Source: Octopus vulgaris
Lineage: Eukaryota
Length of the DNA: 64,000 nucleotides
NCBI GenBank assembly: GCA_951406725.2
Contig: OX597835.1
Span: 42,036,001-42,100,000 of the forward strand
Reading direction: 5' to 3'
The translations under genes were made by a program, and so were the position numbers. This document shows, piece after piece, positions 1 to 13,321 of the stretch (within the stretch, counting starts at the first letter, position 1; every line of letters starts with the position of its first letter). The notes beneath the pieces were generated by a model. The model had not been told where the DNA came from. It did not search any database and saw only the letters and a program-made list of their open reading frames with translations.

Positions 1-124
1 TGTTTGTATGCGTGTGTGTATATGTATATATACACACATATATATATATCTTTTACTTGTTTTTATATATGTGTGTATGTTATATATATATGTATGCGTG
101 TGTGTATATGTATCTTTCTGCGTG

Positions 125-157
<33 letters not shown>

Positions 158-248
158 ATATATATATCTTTTACTTGTTTTTTATATATATGTGTGTGTG
201 TATGTATATATATATATATGTATGTGTGTGTGTATATGTATCTTTCTG

Positions 249-325
<77 letters not shown>

Positions 326-354
326 CTTGTTTTTTATATATATGTGTGTGTATA

Positions 355-396
<42 letters not shown>

Positions 397-415
397 CACA
401 CATATATATTTATAA
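1..415. repeat. Compound (TA)/(TG)/(CA) microsatellite with a thrice-repeated higher-order unit
   Basis: The anchors TATCTTTCTGCGTG and TCTT(TTAC)TTGTTTTT recur about every 120-150 bp; the overlapping YI/CV ORFs are artefacts. Confidence 0.95.
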
Positions 416-1011
416 ACTATATGAACGTTTAGGCTTGCTAGTTTTAAGGGTGGAGACAAAGAGAGGACCGACCTGTCGTTGAATATTTCACAATATAAAC
501 AAACAGACAAAAAAAATCACCAAATAACAACAACAACAACAGCAAAAGGTGATTAAAAGAACCAGTTTTTAATGCTGAGAAAGAGAGGAATATCTTCAGC
601 TTAACAAGTTGTATTTTTATTACCTGCACAAACAGCCAAGTCAGTAGTCAGTCAGATATTTGCACGTCGTCGTGGTCGTCGTCGTATCTCTCTCTCTATC
701 TCTCTCTCTCCCTCGACTTAACACTATTCGCCCGGCTTCTGTTCCTGTTGCAGCTTTGAAACCCCCGGTGACAGTCACATGCGATGCGTCATCCTTTCTC
801 TCACCCGCCTCCTCTCCCTTCTCCTATTTATGTGTGTCTAAGTGCGTGTGTTTGTGTGTGCGGGTATGTTTGTATGTGTGTGTGTTTATGCTTTTGTGTG
901 TGTTGTTTATGTTTGTGTGTCTAAGTGTTCGTCTGTGTTTATGTTTATATGCGTATCTGGGTATATTTTTGTTTGTGTATGTATGTATGTATTTTGCTTG
1001 TGTGGGGTATA

Positions 1012-1251
1012 CAGTATTCCCACGACTATCGCCGGTGATATACGTTCCAAAACTCCCCGCGATAGGGGAAAATCCGCGAAGTAGAAACAGTACTGTATTG
1101 TATATTTTTTAAAGTTATTTTTATAATTTGTATATATTTATTTTATCATAAATGCAAAAACAACACCACGAAGGACTCGACGTAAGCCTAAATAATAAAC
1201 CGCGATAGGTGAACCGCGATAGATGAACCGCGATATGGTGAGAGATTACTG
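1012..1251. mobile_element. Tc1/mariner (pogo/Tigger-like) MITE
   Basis: TA|CAGTATTCCCACGACTATCGC ... GCGATATGGTGAGAGATTACTG|TA: imperfect TIRs starting CAGTA, TA duplication, subterminal AACCGCGATA repeats. Confidence 0.8.
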
Positions 1252-1334
1252 TATTTCTGTGTGTGTATATATGTATTTGTGTGAATGTGTTTGTGTGTGC
1301 ATATACGTGCGGTATGTTTGTGTGTGTAGGTATG

Positions 1335-1372
<38 letters not shown>

Positions 1373-1884
1373 ATTGCCTGTGCCTGTGTGTCTGGGTGTG
1401 TTTATATGCGTGTCTGGGTATATTTTTCTGTGTGTGTGTGTGTGTTGCATGTGTGGGTATGTTTCTCTGTGAGTGCTTATATGTGTATGGGTATGTTTGT
1501 GTGTGTACATTTGTGTCACTGTTATCTGTGTGGGTATATTTCTCTGAGTGTGTGTGTGTGAGAGAGCTAGGAGACAACACACCTATCGCTTCATTTTATG
1601 TCACTTTTTTTTTCTTTTCAATTCAACTCGTTGATAAAATTAGATTTCGATGACCTCTTTAAATATTTACACCTCTTTCAGATAATTCTAATAAAAAAAA
1701 TATATATAAATTTCGATTTGCGATATATATATATATATATATAATATGAATTCTCTCTCTCTATAAATATATATATATATGCATGCGTGTGTGTGTGTAT
1801 AATATATGCATGTATATTGTGAGTGAACCGAACTGGTCTGCTTTGTTGGAAAGTTGCAGGAATTGGAATTCGTCTGCTAGAAAA

Positions 1885-2144
1885 AAAGCGAAAGAGAAGA
1901 GGGCAGAGAGACAGACTGAAAGAGAAGAGAGGGGGGAGAGGGTGTAGATAGACAGACTGAAAGCGAAGAGAGATGGGGAGAGGGTGCAGATAGCCAGACG
2001 GAAAGAAAAGAGAGAAGGGGAAAGGGTGTAGATAGACAGACTGAAAGAGGAGAGGGGGAGAGGGTGTAGATGTGTAGATAGACAGACTGAAAGGGAGAGG
2101 GGGCAGATAGACAGACTGACAGAGTAAGAACGACAGGCAAACAG

Positions 2145-2192
<48 letters not shown>
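1885..2192. repeat. Degenerate ~40-bp minisatellite (GAGGGTGTAGATAGACAGACTGAAAG core) followed by (GA)n
   Basis: About 5 visible units, then a pure (GA)n tract. Confidence 0.8.
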
Positions 2193-2195
<3 letters not shown>

Positions 2196-2766
2196 CCGAA
2201 TAGGAACCGTTTAACTTTATCTGTCAATATGTGTGTATATATTCCTGAATATATTACAATTTTATACACATTCACAAATCTACACTCGTACACACACACA
2301 CACCACAAAACCATACACACACGTGTATAAGATCGATGTTTGTGAGTTCTGCTTACATGCTCTAGATCAGATTCTGTTTTAGTGCAGTCCACTCCAACCC
2401 AATAATCGAAACTATTACAGCCGTGATCATCCCGCCTTTTATATCTATCCCACCCACCTCTTCCTGTTTAACAATGAAACTACGTCGTTGTCTCATGGGT
2501 CGGTCTCAAAAGGCAAGTAAACGTTTTACGTCAGTTTGAGGGAGATTTCTGTTACTATCTCCAGCAAGGTGCAAGTCGTACCGTAGAGCCATTTTCTTAC
2601 TATCTCTCTGGCTCAGAAACTATTAGTGATTAAATTGTTATTGGTATTATTATTATTTATCTTTGTCTTCAACATGATATATAACTTGATAATTAGTTCA
2701 TATTGATCTCACCTGAATAGCAACCACACCTGTCATCTTAACAAACTGTCTCTCGGCCTCACTTCG

Positions 2767-2806
<40 letters not shown>

Positions 2807-2865
2807 CGGAGTAAGCACATAAATGTGAAACAAGGTGGGAAAAAAAAAAGAGTACTCAGTGTGCG

Positions 2866-3180
2866 TAGGAGTGGCTGTGTGGTAAGTGGCTTGTTTACCA
2901 ACCACATTGTTCCGGGTTCAGTCCCACTGCTTGGCATCTTGGGCAAGTGTCTTTTACTATGTGTGTGTGTGTGTGCATATATTTGTGTTTGTGTTTGCCC
3001 CCCCCCCCCCCCCAACATCGCTTGACAACCGATGGTGGTGTGTTTACGTTCCCATAACTTAGCGGTTCGGCAAAAATAGACCGATAGAATAAGTACTAGG
3101 CTTCCAAACAATAAGTCCTAAAAGCGGTGCTCCATCATGGCCGGAGTCAAGTGACTGAAACAAGTAAAAGAGATAAAAGA
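2866..3180 (+). mobile_element. SINE family A, internally deleted copy
   Basis: Head AGGAGTGGCTGTGTGG...GGTTCAGTCCC and tail GCGGTGCTCCATCATGGCC...GACTGAAACAAGTAAAAG match the full copies at 44163 and 58386. Confidence 0.85.
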
Positions 3181-3214
3181 GAAGAAAAAAAGATACCAGA
3201 GGTTGAGTAATATG

Positions 3215-3461
3215 CTTTATTAGAAAGCAGCAGAAATATCACAAAAACTGTTGCTCAGAGTTTCGCGTGTTCGTTCGTCGGACAGTTTTGTTATTCAGTT
3301 GAAGTCAATATAAACTGACTAATTATCAAATTATCCTGTTGAAGACAAAGGTAAATACTAATAATAATAATGATACCGCTAATAACAAAACTGTCCGACG
3401 AACGGGAACGCGAAACTCCGAGTAACAGTTTTTGTGATATTTCTGCTGCTTTTAAATAAAG
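3215..3461. mobile_element. Inverted pair of ~80-bp Penelope-like pLTR fragments, each with a variant minimal hammerhead
   Basis: 3215-3295 is the reverse complement of 3381-3461; the + arm reads AAAACTGT-CCGACGA-ACGGGAACGC-GAAA-CTCCGAG-TA-ACAGTTTT. Confidence 0.65.
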
Positions 3462-4799
3462 TGTGTGTGTGTGTATATATGTATATGTGTGTGCGCGTGT
3501 GTGTAATATATATATATGGCTGTGTGGTTAGGAAGTTCGCTTTGCAACCACGTGGTTTCAGGTTCACTCCTGCTGTGTAGCACCTGCGGCAAATGTCTTC
3601 TCCAATAGCTCTGGGCTGACTAATGTCTCGTGAGTGAATTTTTTAATCAGAAACTTGTGTGAGTTGATTTGGTAAACAAAAGCCCAATATGTGTGCGTGT
3701 GTGTCTGTGTGTGTGCGCGTGCGATACACATCCAGGCAAACACAAAAGTGCAAGGCAAGGTGAGAAAAATAGTACTCGAATACTAAAGGTAGAGCAATAT
3801 GCTATTTTATTAAAATTGGCTTTAATAAATAGTACTAGACTATCGGCTAGAGACTATCAAATGTTGTTATACATCGCTGGTCACAATGCGCTTTGGAATG
3901 ACGCTACCTCAATGGCTAGGCGAGCAGGCCAACATATAATAAATATATATATATGAATGTATGTATGGGTGTGTGTGCATGAGCGCGCGTCTTTGTGTTC
4001 GGTCCTCCCTCACTTGACAACCGGTGTTGGTTTGTTTACATCCCCGTAACTTAGCGATTCAACAACAACAAAAAAACAATGGAATGAATATGCCTGACTT
4101 AAAACAAAAAAGACTTCAAAAACGTAAGTACTTGGGTCGATTTGTTCAACTTAAAAGCCTTCAAGTCGGTGCCCCAGCATGGCCGCAGTCCAATGAGCGA
4201 AACAAATAAAAGATAAAAAGATATGCTATCTTGCATAGCCATATTGTGTGATTATAGACTTCATTCAAACCCAAAAATTTATCTAAAATATCTTCCACTA
4301 ACTCCACTCTGCACACGTACACGCTCCCCCTCACTTCCTCTCTCGCTCTCTCTTTCTCTCTCTCCCCCTCCCTCTTCTCTCTTCCTCTTTATTGCAACTA
4401 CCTGTCTGTAAAATTAGGTTTCGGCCGCTTTCTGTTTTTTAAACGAAAACAACTTTTATTCTACCTTGGACAGGTTTTCTTTTTTATCTTAGCCACGTCG
4501 GCAAATTATTCAACGATTCTATGTAATTCCTGTTTTTCCTTGTGTGTGTGTGTGTGTGAAAAAGTAACGCAGAACGACGGAGGACCATACTGAAAACAAG
4601 AAGGAAAAAATAACGCAAAAGACTTGGTTACGCTCACCCCTCATCAGTCATCGACCAAAAGTCATCACCATTTTGACTCTTTATTGATATTATTATTACA
4701 ATCTGGTGATGTCAACAGCAGAATGCTGCTGAGGTTGTAAATGATCATACATAGAGTACAGAATGAAACAAGTACACACACACACACACATGCTTATAT

Positions 4800-5078
4800 A
4801 CCTATAAACGAACCTCCACTAACTACTCTGACTATGTATCTGTGCATACCTGTCAATGCCGTGTATGCCATAAAGTCTGCAAATCTAACGGAGGCCTTTG
4901 AATATCCACAAAGATCAAAACTTAACTGCAGCTCTTGGTAGTCTAAATCAGATATGCAATCTAAGTGGGTGTCTTTTCAATGCAATGTCTGGTTTAAAAA
5001 CCCCACATCAAACGCCATGATGGATCTAATGCGTAAGTAATAGAGGTGGTCAGACTCTGCGTAAGGAGTAGACAACCA

Positions 5079-5080
<2 letters not shown>
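4800..5080 (+). pseudogene. 3' end of an RTE-like LINE with two decayed C2H2-type fingers
   Basis: Manual translation CRVCHKVCKSNGGL/LNIH and ICNLSGCLFNAMSGLK/HIKRH with frameshifts, then a short tail running into (CA)n; the clade is inferred. Confidence 0.5.
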
Positions 5081-5127
<47 letters not shown>

Positions 5128-5449
5128 CTTGTGTGTGTGTATGTGTTTTACATTCTCCTTGGCTTGGCATCAAACAGTGGTAGTAAGCAAGTATCACTGT
5201 CATGCAGGAGGTGTTCTTCGTTTCCAGTTCTGTCACGTAAATATGCATGGGCATGGTGAAATATTACTTGGAAATAGGTGAGGGTTGGTGACAGGAAGGA
5301 CATCCACCCTGGCAAAATCTGTGATCCAAGCGAGCATGGAAATGTGGATGTTTTATATATCTATGGGTGTGCGGGTGCGCATGTGTATGATGGACATGCG
5401 CGCTTACGCGATTGCTATGACCATTTTTACTCCCTTACCTTTACTTTAT

Positions 5450-5795
5450 ATCTTTTACTTATTTCAGTCATTAGCCTGCGGCCATGCTGGGGCACCGCCT
5501 TAAAGGGCTTTAGTACTTATTTTTTAAAACCTAGTACTTATTTTATCGGTCACTTCTGCCGTACCAATAAGTTATTTACGAGGACGTAAACACACCATCA
5601 CTGGTTGTCAAGTGGTGATGGATAAAGACAAAGACTCGCGTACATAGATATATACGTATATACGACGGGCTTCCTTCAGTTTCGATCTACCAGATCCACT
5701 CACAAAGCTTTGGTTGGCTCGAGGCTAGAGTAGAAGACATTTGCCCAAGGTGCCACGCAGTTGGACTGAACACTGAACCATGTAGTTGAGAAGGC
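5450..5795 (-). mobile_element. SINE family A, diverged copy
   Basis: Reverse complement of the tail (TTTCAGTCA...GGCCATGCTGGGGCACCGCC) and of the head (TTGCCCAAGGTGCCACGCAG). Confidence 0.8.
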
Positions 5796-6316
5796 TCTCT
5801 TGTTGCCCTCCTGGTATCATCGGGTACTCTCATGGCATATAAATCATCGAACAGGATTTGAACTACGCTCTCTGTTCAGTTCCCGCCGAGGTCAATCATC
5901 TTTTCCTGTGATCCCTTTCGGAGTCGACAAAATAAAGTGCTGGTCTGGTACTGCGATCGATGAGTACCAACTTGCTCCCTGTGTATAAAATAATTGGCCT
6001 TTTGTCTATAATAGAAAGAATTGTTGTAGTTGGGACATCATCATCGTTTTAATTTGTCCAGGCAGGTTTTCTGCAACCGGACGCCCTTCCTGCTGCCAAC
6101 ACTCACCTGTTTCCGGGCAAGTTAATATTTCCCCATGGCCAATGATGTTTTCCACGAAGGGCTGGAAACGAACAACCTCGCTTATATGACGGTGATGCTC
6201 GCTTACAACCATCACATGATGTCTAGACAATGGAACACACGCACACACGGCAGCACATACATATATATACACATATGCATACATACATACATACATACAT
6301 ACATACATACATACAT

Positions 6317-6363
<47 letters not shown>

Positions 6364-7171
6364 TACATACATACATACATACATACATGCATGCATGCAT
6401 GCATGCATGCATGCATGCATATGGTGGCCTCGGCGCTGGATGTGGCGGGAATTTATCTCCTCACTAGCGATATAAACGAATGCATTTTTGTGCCAAAAGT
6501 CTATATGAGAGTTCCTCATATGGTATTTATCGCGGTAGATTTTGTTCGAACAGAATATCCACGTTTAGGTGGGAATACCTACCTACCTACCTACATAATA
6601 CGTACATGCTTGCATATAAACATACATACACACTTGTATGCATACATGCATGTAATATATTCATGCTTATACGACGGGCTTCTTTCAGTTTCCGTCTACC
6701 AAATTCACTAACAAGGTTATAGTCGCCCCGGGGGCTGTAATAAAAGACGGTTGTCCAAGATGCCTCGCAATGATGGGTTTGAATAAATCCGAGTTGGAAT
6801 TCTTAGCCGAAATCTTTCGTGTATTGCGCATTTATACATTGTATCTCGTGTGTGTGCGCATGTATACACACACATATATAAAACATGTATAATGTCAGTC
6901 TTCCTCATTCTATCGACCGGCGTCTTCCGCTTTGTTTTGGCTTACTTCCACTAACCATTCTATCTATGGTTGACCCAACAAAATCAATCAATTTGTGTGT
7001 GTGTGTTCAATGGAAAATGTCTTCGTGATTGGGTCTGATATCAGATAGCTTTCTGGGCTAAAATCATTTTTTTTTTAACAATATCTGATTCATTATCGTT
7101 TTTTTTTTAAAATCCTAAAATATTAAAATAGATTAGTATCCGACAGTTACCGGCATTGTTCTGTTGCTCTA

Positions 7172-7538
7172 TTCTTCTTCTTCTTCTTCCAATCAGGACT
7201 CGCGCCATTAGCCACAAAAAATAATCTCTAATTCGAGCCTTCTCTAAGCTACTAAGAGTGCGTGTGGCAACTTGAAGATCCACCCACCACACGCGATAGA
7301 CTGGTGGTTGCACGGGCGCGAAAGCTACGTTGTTATCCTCATTCCGTAAACGGTGGTTTTTAACGGGTGGAGAGCTGAACCATCCTGGGGTACAGAGGAT
7401 TCGCAATCTAGACTAGGGTCTGAAAGTTCACCCCCCCACCGTCCCGCCAGAGCCTCACAATGCCGGTCTGGGAATCGAAACCGCGTTCTTACGACCGCTA
7501 GTCCGCTGCCCTAACCACTGGGCCATTGCGCTTCCACT
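7172..7538 (-). mobile_element. tRNA-headed SINE family D ending in (GAA)n
   Basis: Minus-strand head GCGCAATGGCCCAGTGGTTAGGG...GGTTTCGATTCCCAGACCG (A and B boxes), shared with the 41435 and 57433 copies; different body and (GAA)n tail. Confidence 0.7.
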
Positions 7539-8569
7539 TTGTTGCGGTTTTTAAAATTTAGCCCTAGGTCAGCCGTAATCTCTGCATTTTATGGGTTACG
7601 AAGGGCTGCTTTAGGATGTTATTAAATTTCTTCCAACGACTTGATGTATTTCAAAATTTCACCAGATTATTTTCCAAAAATGATGACAAAAATTGTATAT
7701 TATTTATTATTAATTTCTAGAAAAAAAAATGCGTCATCACCATGCAGAATAAAAATTAATCCAAAAAAAAATCTTTTTTAATATTCGGGTTGGAAATTTG
7801 AAATCAAGCGGTTGGAAGGTCCCTTACAAAATCCCTTACATGCCTGCTTTGTATATATTTCAAGACAAGATGTGTTTTGACGGAGTTTTAGCTGCGATTT
7901 CCAGTAAGGTTAGCGACCATATGTTATTCAGTCATGGACAAACTGCAGCCCGCGGGACTTTCTGAATAGCATGCCTAACGGAAAATTACCTTTAATTTTC
8001 TATTAGTAGTGCGGCCCACCATGCCTCATGTGGGCCGTTTCTCGAAAAATGATGCTTCATGCTTGATATAAATAAATAATAACTCGTATGTATTTGTTGT
8101 TCTTTTAAGTTTAGGGCGGCCTTGACCGATCAGACTTAGCAATCACTGCCAGTCGATGTTGGATTATTTATTATTGCAGCTTATTTTCAACGGCTGCGTC
8201 GTTCGAAATTCAGTTTTAGACAGCTTACGGTGTGATTTGAGGGAACCGTGGCTGCTGTTTCTAGAGGGAAGACACTCGACATAAAGGCCTGCCCTTCTCG
8301 ATTCGAGGCGACAGCAACAACTACGTATCATGGCTTCTCTCTCCCTCCTCCCCTCACTCTCCTTACACCCCCTCTTTCTTTCTTTCTTTCTTTCTTTTGT
8401 TTGCTGTGTCACTCTGTGAAAGCACTTAAAATATTTATATTTATCGTTCACACATTCCTCGTGTACTTTGTCCGTACCATTCAAATTCATTCATTCACCC
8501 CGTCGTTATAGCATACTCCATCCATCCAGCCATCCACCGATCTATCTGTCTGTCTGTCCATCTATCCAT

Positions 8570-9113
8570 AAAAAAAGATGGGTGAATGTAGCAAGGATGG
8601 CACGTATGAATGACGAAGCCACCTTGAGCATAATCCTATGAACCCAGAAATTGAAAACAGAGGGTTACCCACTTGCAAACAAATGTGGTAACAAATAACA
8701 ATATTGACCAAGGTTACCGTGGTCTCTTTCGTAGGCTTTTCTTCCCACGGATAAACCTTACTTGCTTTCCCCTTTACACCATATATCATGACACTGTGAT
8801 ACACGATTCCTATTGATCGTTCTTTTTTTTCCTCTTCCCCTTTTTTCCCCCTTTTTTCTTTTTTCATTTCTCTTTTCTCTTGTTCCTTTTCCTTTTCCCT
8901 TTTTTTTCCTTTATTCTATTTTTTTTTTTTAATTTTTTATTTATTTAAATTTTTTTTGTTCTTTTCTTCCCTTTTACGATCCCTCTTGATCGAAAACCTA
9001 CGCCACCCCCTTTTTTTTTCTTTTGTTTTTTGTTTTCTTCATCCCCCAAAAGAAAAGCTCTACCTTGTAACTTGTCCCATCTGTGTGCAGCCCTGTGTGG
9101 CCAATAAAGAAAC
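8570..9113 (+). mobile_element. 5'-truncated Tx1/L1-like LINE (ORF2 C-terminus plus 3'UTR)
   Basis: Encodes KKRWVNVARMARMNDEATLSIIL*, homologous to ERWVNCARMASINGPILRFRL* at 13591; T-rich UTR; ends GCCCTGTGTGGCCAATAAAGAAA; TATCCAT on both flanks; the clade is inferred. Confidence 0.65.
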
Positions 9114-9125
9114 TTATCCATCTAC

Positions 9126-9344
9126 ACAAGGAGTTGTTGAAAAGTTCCTGGCTTTAAGGATATCGTGAAAGACCTGGTTGGACGCCCAACCATCCGATCC
9201 CATTTTACAGGGCTTAGAAAAACTGAAGGGCCACCGCAATAAGTGAGTGAATCTGAGAGGAGAATATGCAGAATAAAATCATATTTAACTGATCTCCCTG
9301 TATTTTCTTTTACCCAAAACCAGGGACCTTTTAGCAGCCCCTCG
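9126..9344. mobile_element. Mariner-like MITE (related copies at ~30810-30962 and 42093-42311)
   Basis: TIR of type CGAGGGG..GCTGAAAAGTTCCTGG with a terminal CCCCTCG|TA; shared interior AGGGCTTAGAAAAACTGA(A/T)GGGCC. Confidence 0.7.
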
Positions 9345-9703
9345 TATACATAGACACACAACACACAGGTGCCAGGCTGTGTGGTTAGAAATTTACATGG
9401 CACCTCGGACATGTGTCTTTTATTATATCCTTGGGCCGACGACCAAAGCCTTGTGAGTGGATTTGGTGTGTTTGTGTCTGTGTTTGTCCTCCAACCCCAG
9501 CTGCTTGACAACTGGTGTTGGTTTGTTTGCGCCCTCATAATGAAGCGGCTCGCCAAAAGAGCCACCACTGTCTTAGAAAATACGTACTGGGGTCGCTTTG
9601 TTCGACTATACTCTTCAAGGCGATATCCCAGCATGGCCAGTGTCCAGTCACTGAAACAAGTAAAAAATATCTATTTATACATACTCGCCCCCCTCTCTCT
9701 CTC

Positions 9704-9772
<69 letters not shown>

Positions 9773-10517
9773 AGTAAGTAGTGCTGTATGAACATTTAAT
9801 GTGGTTTTAGAGTCAAGTTTTGGCTGCTATTTCTAGCGTGGTGGTATCTCTCCGATACCCTAAATTTATTTTTATATATATATATATGTATATATGTGTG
9901 TGTGTGTGTGTGTGTGCATACAGAGGAGAGAAGTATATTTTTGTTCGTTCTCATCAACAGAAAAATTAAATCAGTTTAATCAATCGTTATTTTATTTTAC
10001 TTGCCATTTTATATTATTTAGTTTAAAATCTCTAATTTTTTCGAGGCACATGTATGAAGAAAGAATAGAATAATTTCTCGGACCAACGAGAGAAAGCCTC
10101 TATGTGGTCGACCGACATGCTAGAAGCGACAACAAAAAACGAGGCTTGCTTCTGCACGGTCGTTTACCTTGCTAAAAATAACACCCATGACACCCTCAAC
10201 TCACACACCATTGTCTTAAATCGGGTATAGACAACGTTTTTCGAGAAACGGGGTACATGAGACAGGGCTCATCATTTTATTTCTAAAAATATATTCAAGG
10301 TAGTTTTTTTTGTTCGGTGTGCCATTTCAGAAAGTCCCGCCGGGCCGCAGTTTACTCACAAACGTCTTAAGTACTGACACATCCAATGAAATAATCCTCA
10401 CTTGAATAATCTCTTTTGAAAGACGAGATAGTCACGGCTGGCATGTCTCTGATCCTGGTTTTGTTCGATTAAGGTTGACTTAACACCCAACGCTAATAAA
10501 CAGCAACAACAACAACA

Positions 10518-10753
10518 ATACCTATTTCTTTACTACCCACAAGGGGCTAAACACAGAGGGGACAAACAAGGACAGACAAACGGATTAATTCGATTATATC
10601 GACCCCAGTGCGTAACTGGTACTTAATTTATCGACCCCGAAAGGATGAAAGGCAAAGTCGACCTCGGCGGAATTTGAACTCAGAACGTAGCGGCAGACGA
10701 AATACTGCTAAGCATTTCGCCCGGCGTGCTAACGTTTCTGCCAGCTCCCCGCC
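10518..10753 (-). mobile_element. SINE family B, full length, young
   Basis: Near-identical to the copies at 11282, 21094, 27452, 54354 and 61339; central GCCTTTCATCCTTTCGGGGTCGATAAATTAAGTACCAG block. Confidence 0.9.
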
Positions 10754-11214
10754 AACAACAACAATACTAAAAAGTTACTTCGTTCGCAGTTGTCCCTTTT
10801 TGTACCCTTTATTCATCACCATACAACTACGGACCCTTTAAGACTAAAAACATTCGGCAGCAGAGTAACTAAACGAATCGCCTGTTTTTCCAGTCTTGTT
10901 TTTACTCTTTTTTTTATCGCCAGATAAATAAATGCCTGAAGTAACGAGAATAAATATTTATATATTCTTGTCTTGCCGTATGTTGAAGATTAGGGGCTGA
11001 TAAATGTATCTGCTGCCTTACGATGGGGGTGGCTTGTTGTTGATGTTGGAGTTGACTTCGCTGTTTTAGAAGCACGACAAGCATCCCACCCGTTCGTTAG
11101 TTTGCTGGTTCACCGTCGTTCAAACAACCGCCACCCGGCCATTTGTTGCTGGGTCATCGTCTTTGTTGTCATACACGACGGACAGAATCGCTACCCGGTT
11201 TCACTCGGTAGCTT

Positions 11215-12200
11215 TGTTGCATTTTTTTAATACCGATTAGGAGAGGTACCCGATATTAGCTTGTGGGTTATTGCATTTATTATACCTATTTCTTTACTAC
11301 CCACAGGGGGCTAAACACAGAGGGGACAAACAAGGACAGACAAACGGATTAAGTCGATTACATCGACCCCAGTGCGTAACTGGTACCTATTTAATCGACC
11401 CCGAAAGGATGAAAGACAAAGTCGACCTCGGCGGAATTTGAACTCAGAACGTAACGGCAGACGAAATACGGCTACGCATTTCGCCCGGCGTGCTAACGTT
11501 TCTGTCAGCTCACCGCCTATTGCATTTATTATACCGATTAGGAGAACTACCCGGTATTAGTCGGTGGGTTGTATTTATTATACTGATTTGGAGATCTACC
11601 CGATATTTAATTGGCGGGTTGTTGCATTTGTTATACCGATTAGGAGATCTGCTCGATATTAGTAGGTTGTTACATCTATGTTACCGATTAAGAGTGCTAC
11701 CCGATATTAGCTGGTGGGTCGGTGTCGCTGTATTACACCCGGTAGATTAGAATGCCACCCGCTATTAGACGCTGTGTTGTCGCTGTGTATTAATCATAAT
11801 ACACTCCCTCTTTATATTTGTCGGTGGTTCATCGTCGCTCTATTATACCCGATAGATAGAAATGTCAGCCGGTACCAACTGACGGGTCGTTATTGTATTT
11901 ATTGTATTTACATATTAAAATGCCAGTTTGTCATTGATGTATTAATCATCAAAAAACACTCCCACTCGGTTGGTTTGATCCTCGTTGTCGATGTATCATA
12001 CCTGATAGATAGAAGTCCCACCCGATATTGGTAACTGGGCTTTTCTTTTAATCATGAAACACCACCCATCCGGTATGAGTTGCTGGATCGTCGATAGTGG
12101 GTAGATGTTCGACGTTGTTGTATTCAACATGTTAGAACTCCCACCCCGGGTATTAGTTGCTGATATATTTGTTATACCCAAGTTGATGGAAGGTCGTTAT
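11215..12200. repeat. Degenerate ~50-60-bp minisatellite array interrupted by a SINE
   Basis: Recurring GCATTTATTATACCGATTAGGAGA..TACCCGATATTAG..GGTGGGT units that decay to the right. Confidence 0.75.
11282..11517 (-). mobile_element. SINE family B with target-site duplication
   Basis: TATTGCATTTATT(ATACC) at 11269 and again at 11518. Confidence 0.9.
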
Positions 12201-12291
12201 CTTCTTCTACCAGGTATTGTTCTCATTCTTATCGGAGAACGGTAAGGAAGAAACCGGGTATGGTGGCACAGTCAGTAAAGAGTCAGTCATT

Positions 12292-12612
12292 ACGCGGCTT
12301 AGTGGTTAGGGTATTCGGCTCACGATCGGAAGGCCATGAATTCGATTCCCGGCGGCGCATTGTGTCCTTGAGCAAGACACTTTATTTCACGTTACTCCGA
12401 TCCAGTCAGCTGGCAAAAATGAGTAGTACCTGTATTTCAAAAGGGCCAGCCTTGTCACACTCTGTGTCCCTCTGAATCTCTCTGAGAAATAACTACGTTA
12501 AGTGTACGTGTGTCTGTGGAGTATTCAACCATTTGTACGTTAATTTCACGATCGAGCTGTTCCGTTGATCGGCTCAGCTAGAACACTCGTCGTCGCAACC
12601 GACGCAGTGCCA
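12292..12612 (+). mobile_element. SINE family F (tRNA head, CORE-like block, tail shared with family E); other copies at 37808-38123 and 39046-39401
   Basis: GGCTTAGTGGTTAGGG A box, ATTCGATTCC B box, TGTGTCCTTGAGCAAGACACTT block, 3' CTCGTCGTCG(C/T)AACCGACG. Confidence 0.8.
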
Positions 12613-13152
12613 TACAATCAAGTTACGGTTAAGGCGACGAGCTGGCAGAATCGTTTGCACGCCGAACAAAATGCTTAGCAACATTTCGTCCGTCTTTACG
12701 TTCTGAGTTCAAATTCCGCCGTGGCCGACCTTGCCTTTCATCTTTGCGGGGTCGATAAAAGAAGTACCAGTTGAGCGCTGGGGTCGGTGGTGGAACCGAG
12801 TTATCGCCTTCATCGAAATTGCTGGCTTTGTTCCAAAATTTGAAACCAATATTTAGACACGGCTTCTTACGATTTGAGGTCGATTCCTGTTGAATTGGTG
12901 GTCGTCGTTGTGGAGGTAGAATTTATCTTTCCGACATCGATCAAAATATCAGTTATCATATGTTCGAGAACTGGAGGTGCAGCGGGTGTGAGCGCAGCCC
13001 CTAATTTCTAATGGGTAGGCGTTGGGGAGAAGGCAATAAAAATCCCATTGTAAAACTTCATCACCAAAACGAACGAGTTTAGAAACGTTTTTAGACGGAT
13101 TTGAAACATTACTTTTCCGTTATTGGATTGATCTGATTTGATTGATATACAA

Positions 13153-13207
<55 letters not shown>

Positions 13208-13321
13208 TTATTTCTTTATTGCCCACAGGAGGCTAAACAGAGGGGACAAAGCGATTAAGTCGATTACATGGACCCCAGTGCCTAACTGGTACTTATTTAA
13301 TCGAATAATAATAATAATTAA

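Noticed and set aside
590-820. Possible minus-strand first exon or promoter (GCAG|GTAA at ~624)
   Set aside because: A single ambiguous splice-like motif with no further support
4-1653. Long YI/CV/HT-rich ORFs here and at 29035-30125, 50233-53890 and 55958-56496
   Set aside because: These are translations of stop-free microsatellites, not proteins
4840-5030. C2H2 zinc-finger host gene
   Set aside because: Frameshifted, lacks TGEKP linkers and runs into a LINE-like tail with (CA)n; better explained as an RTE-like 3' end
10608-10841. Recurring ORF MRNWYLIYRPRKDERQSRPRRNLNSER
   Set aside because: It is the antisense reading of SINE B; recurrence reflects copy number
11215-12200. Regularly spaced repeats resembling a CRISPR array
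   Set aside because: The units are wholly homologous and degenerate with no unique spacers, there are no cas genes, and the context is eukaryotic
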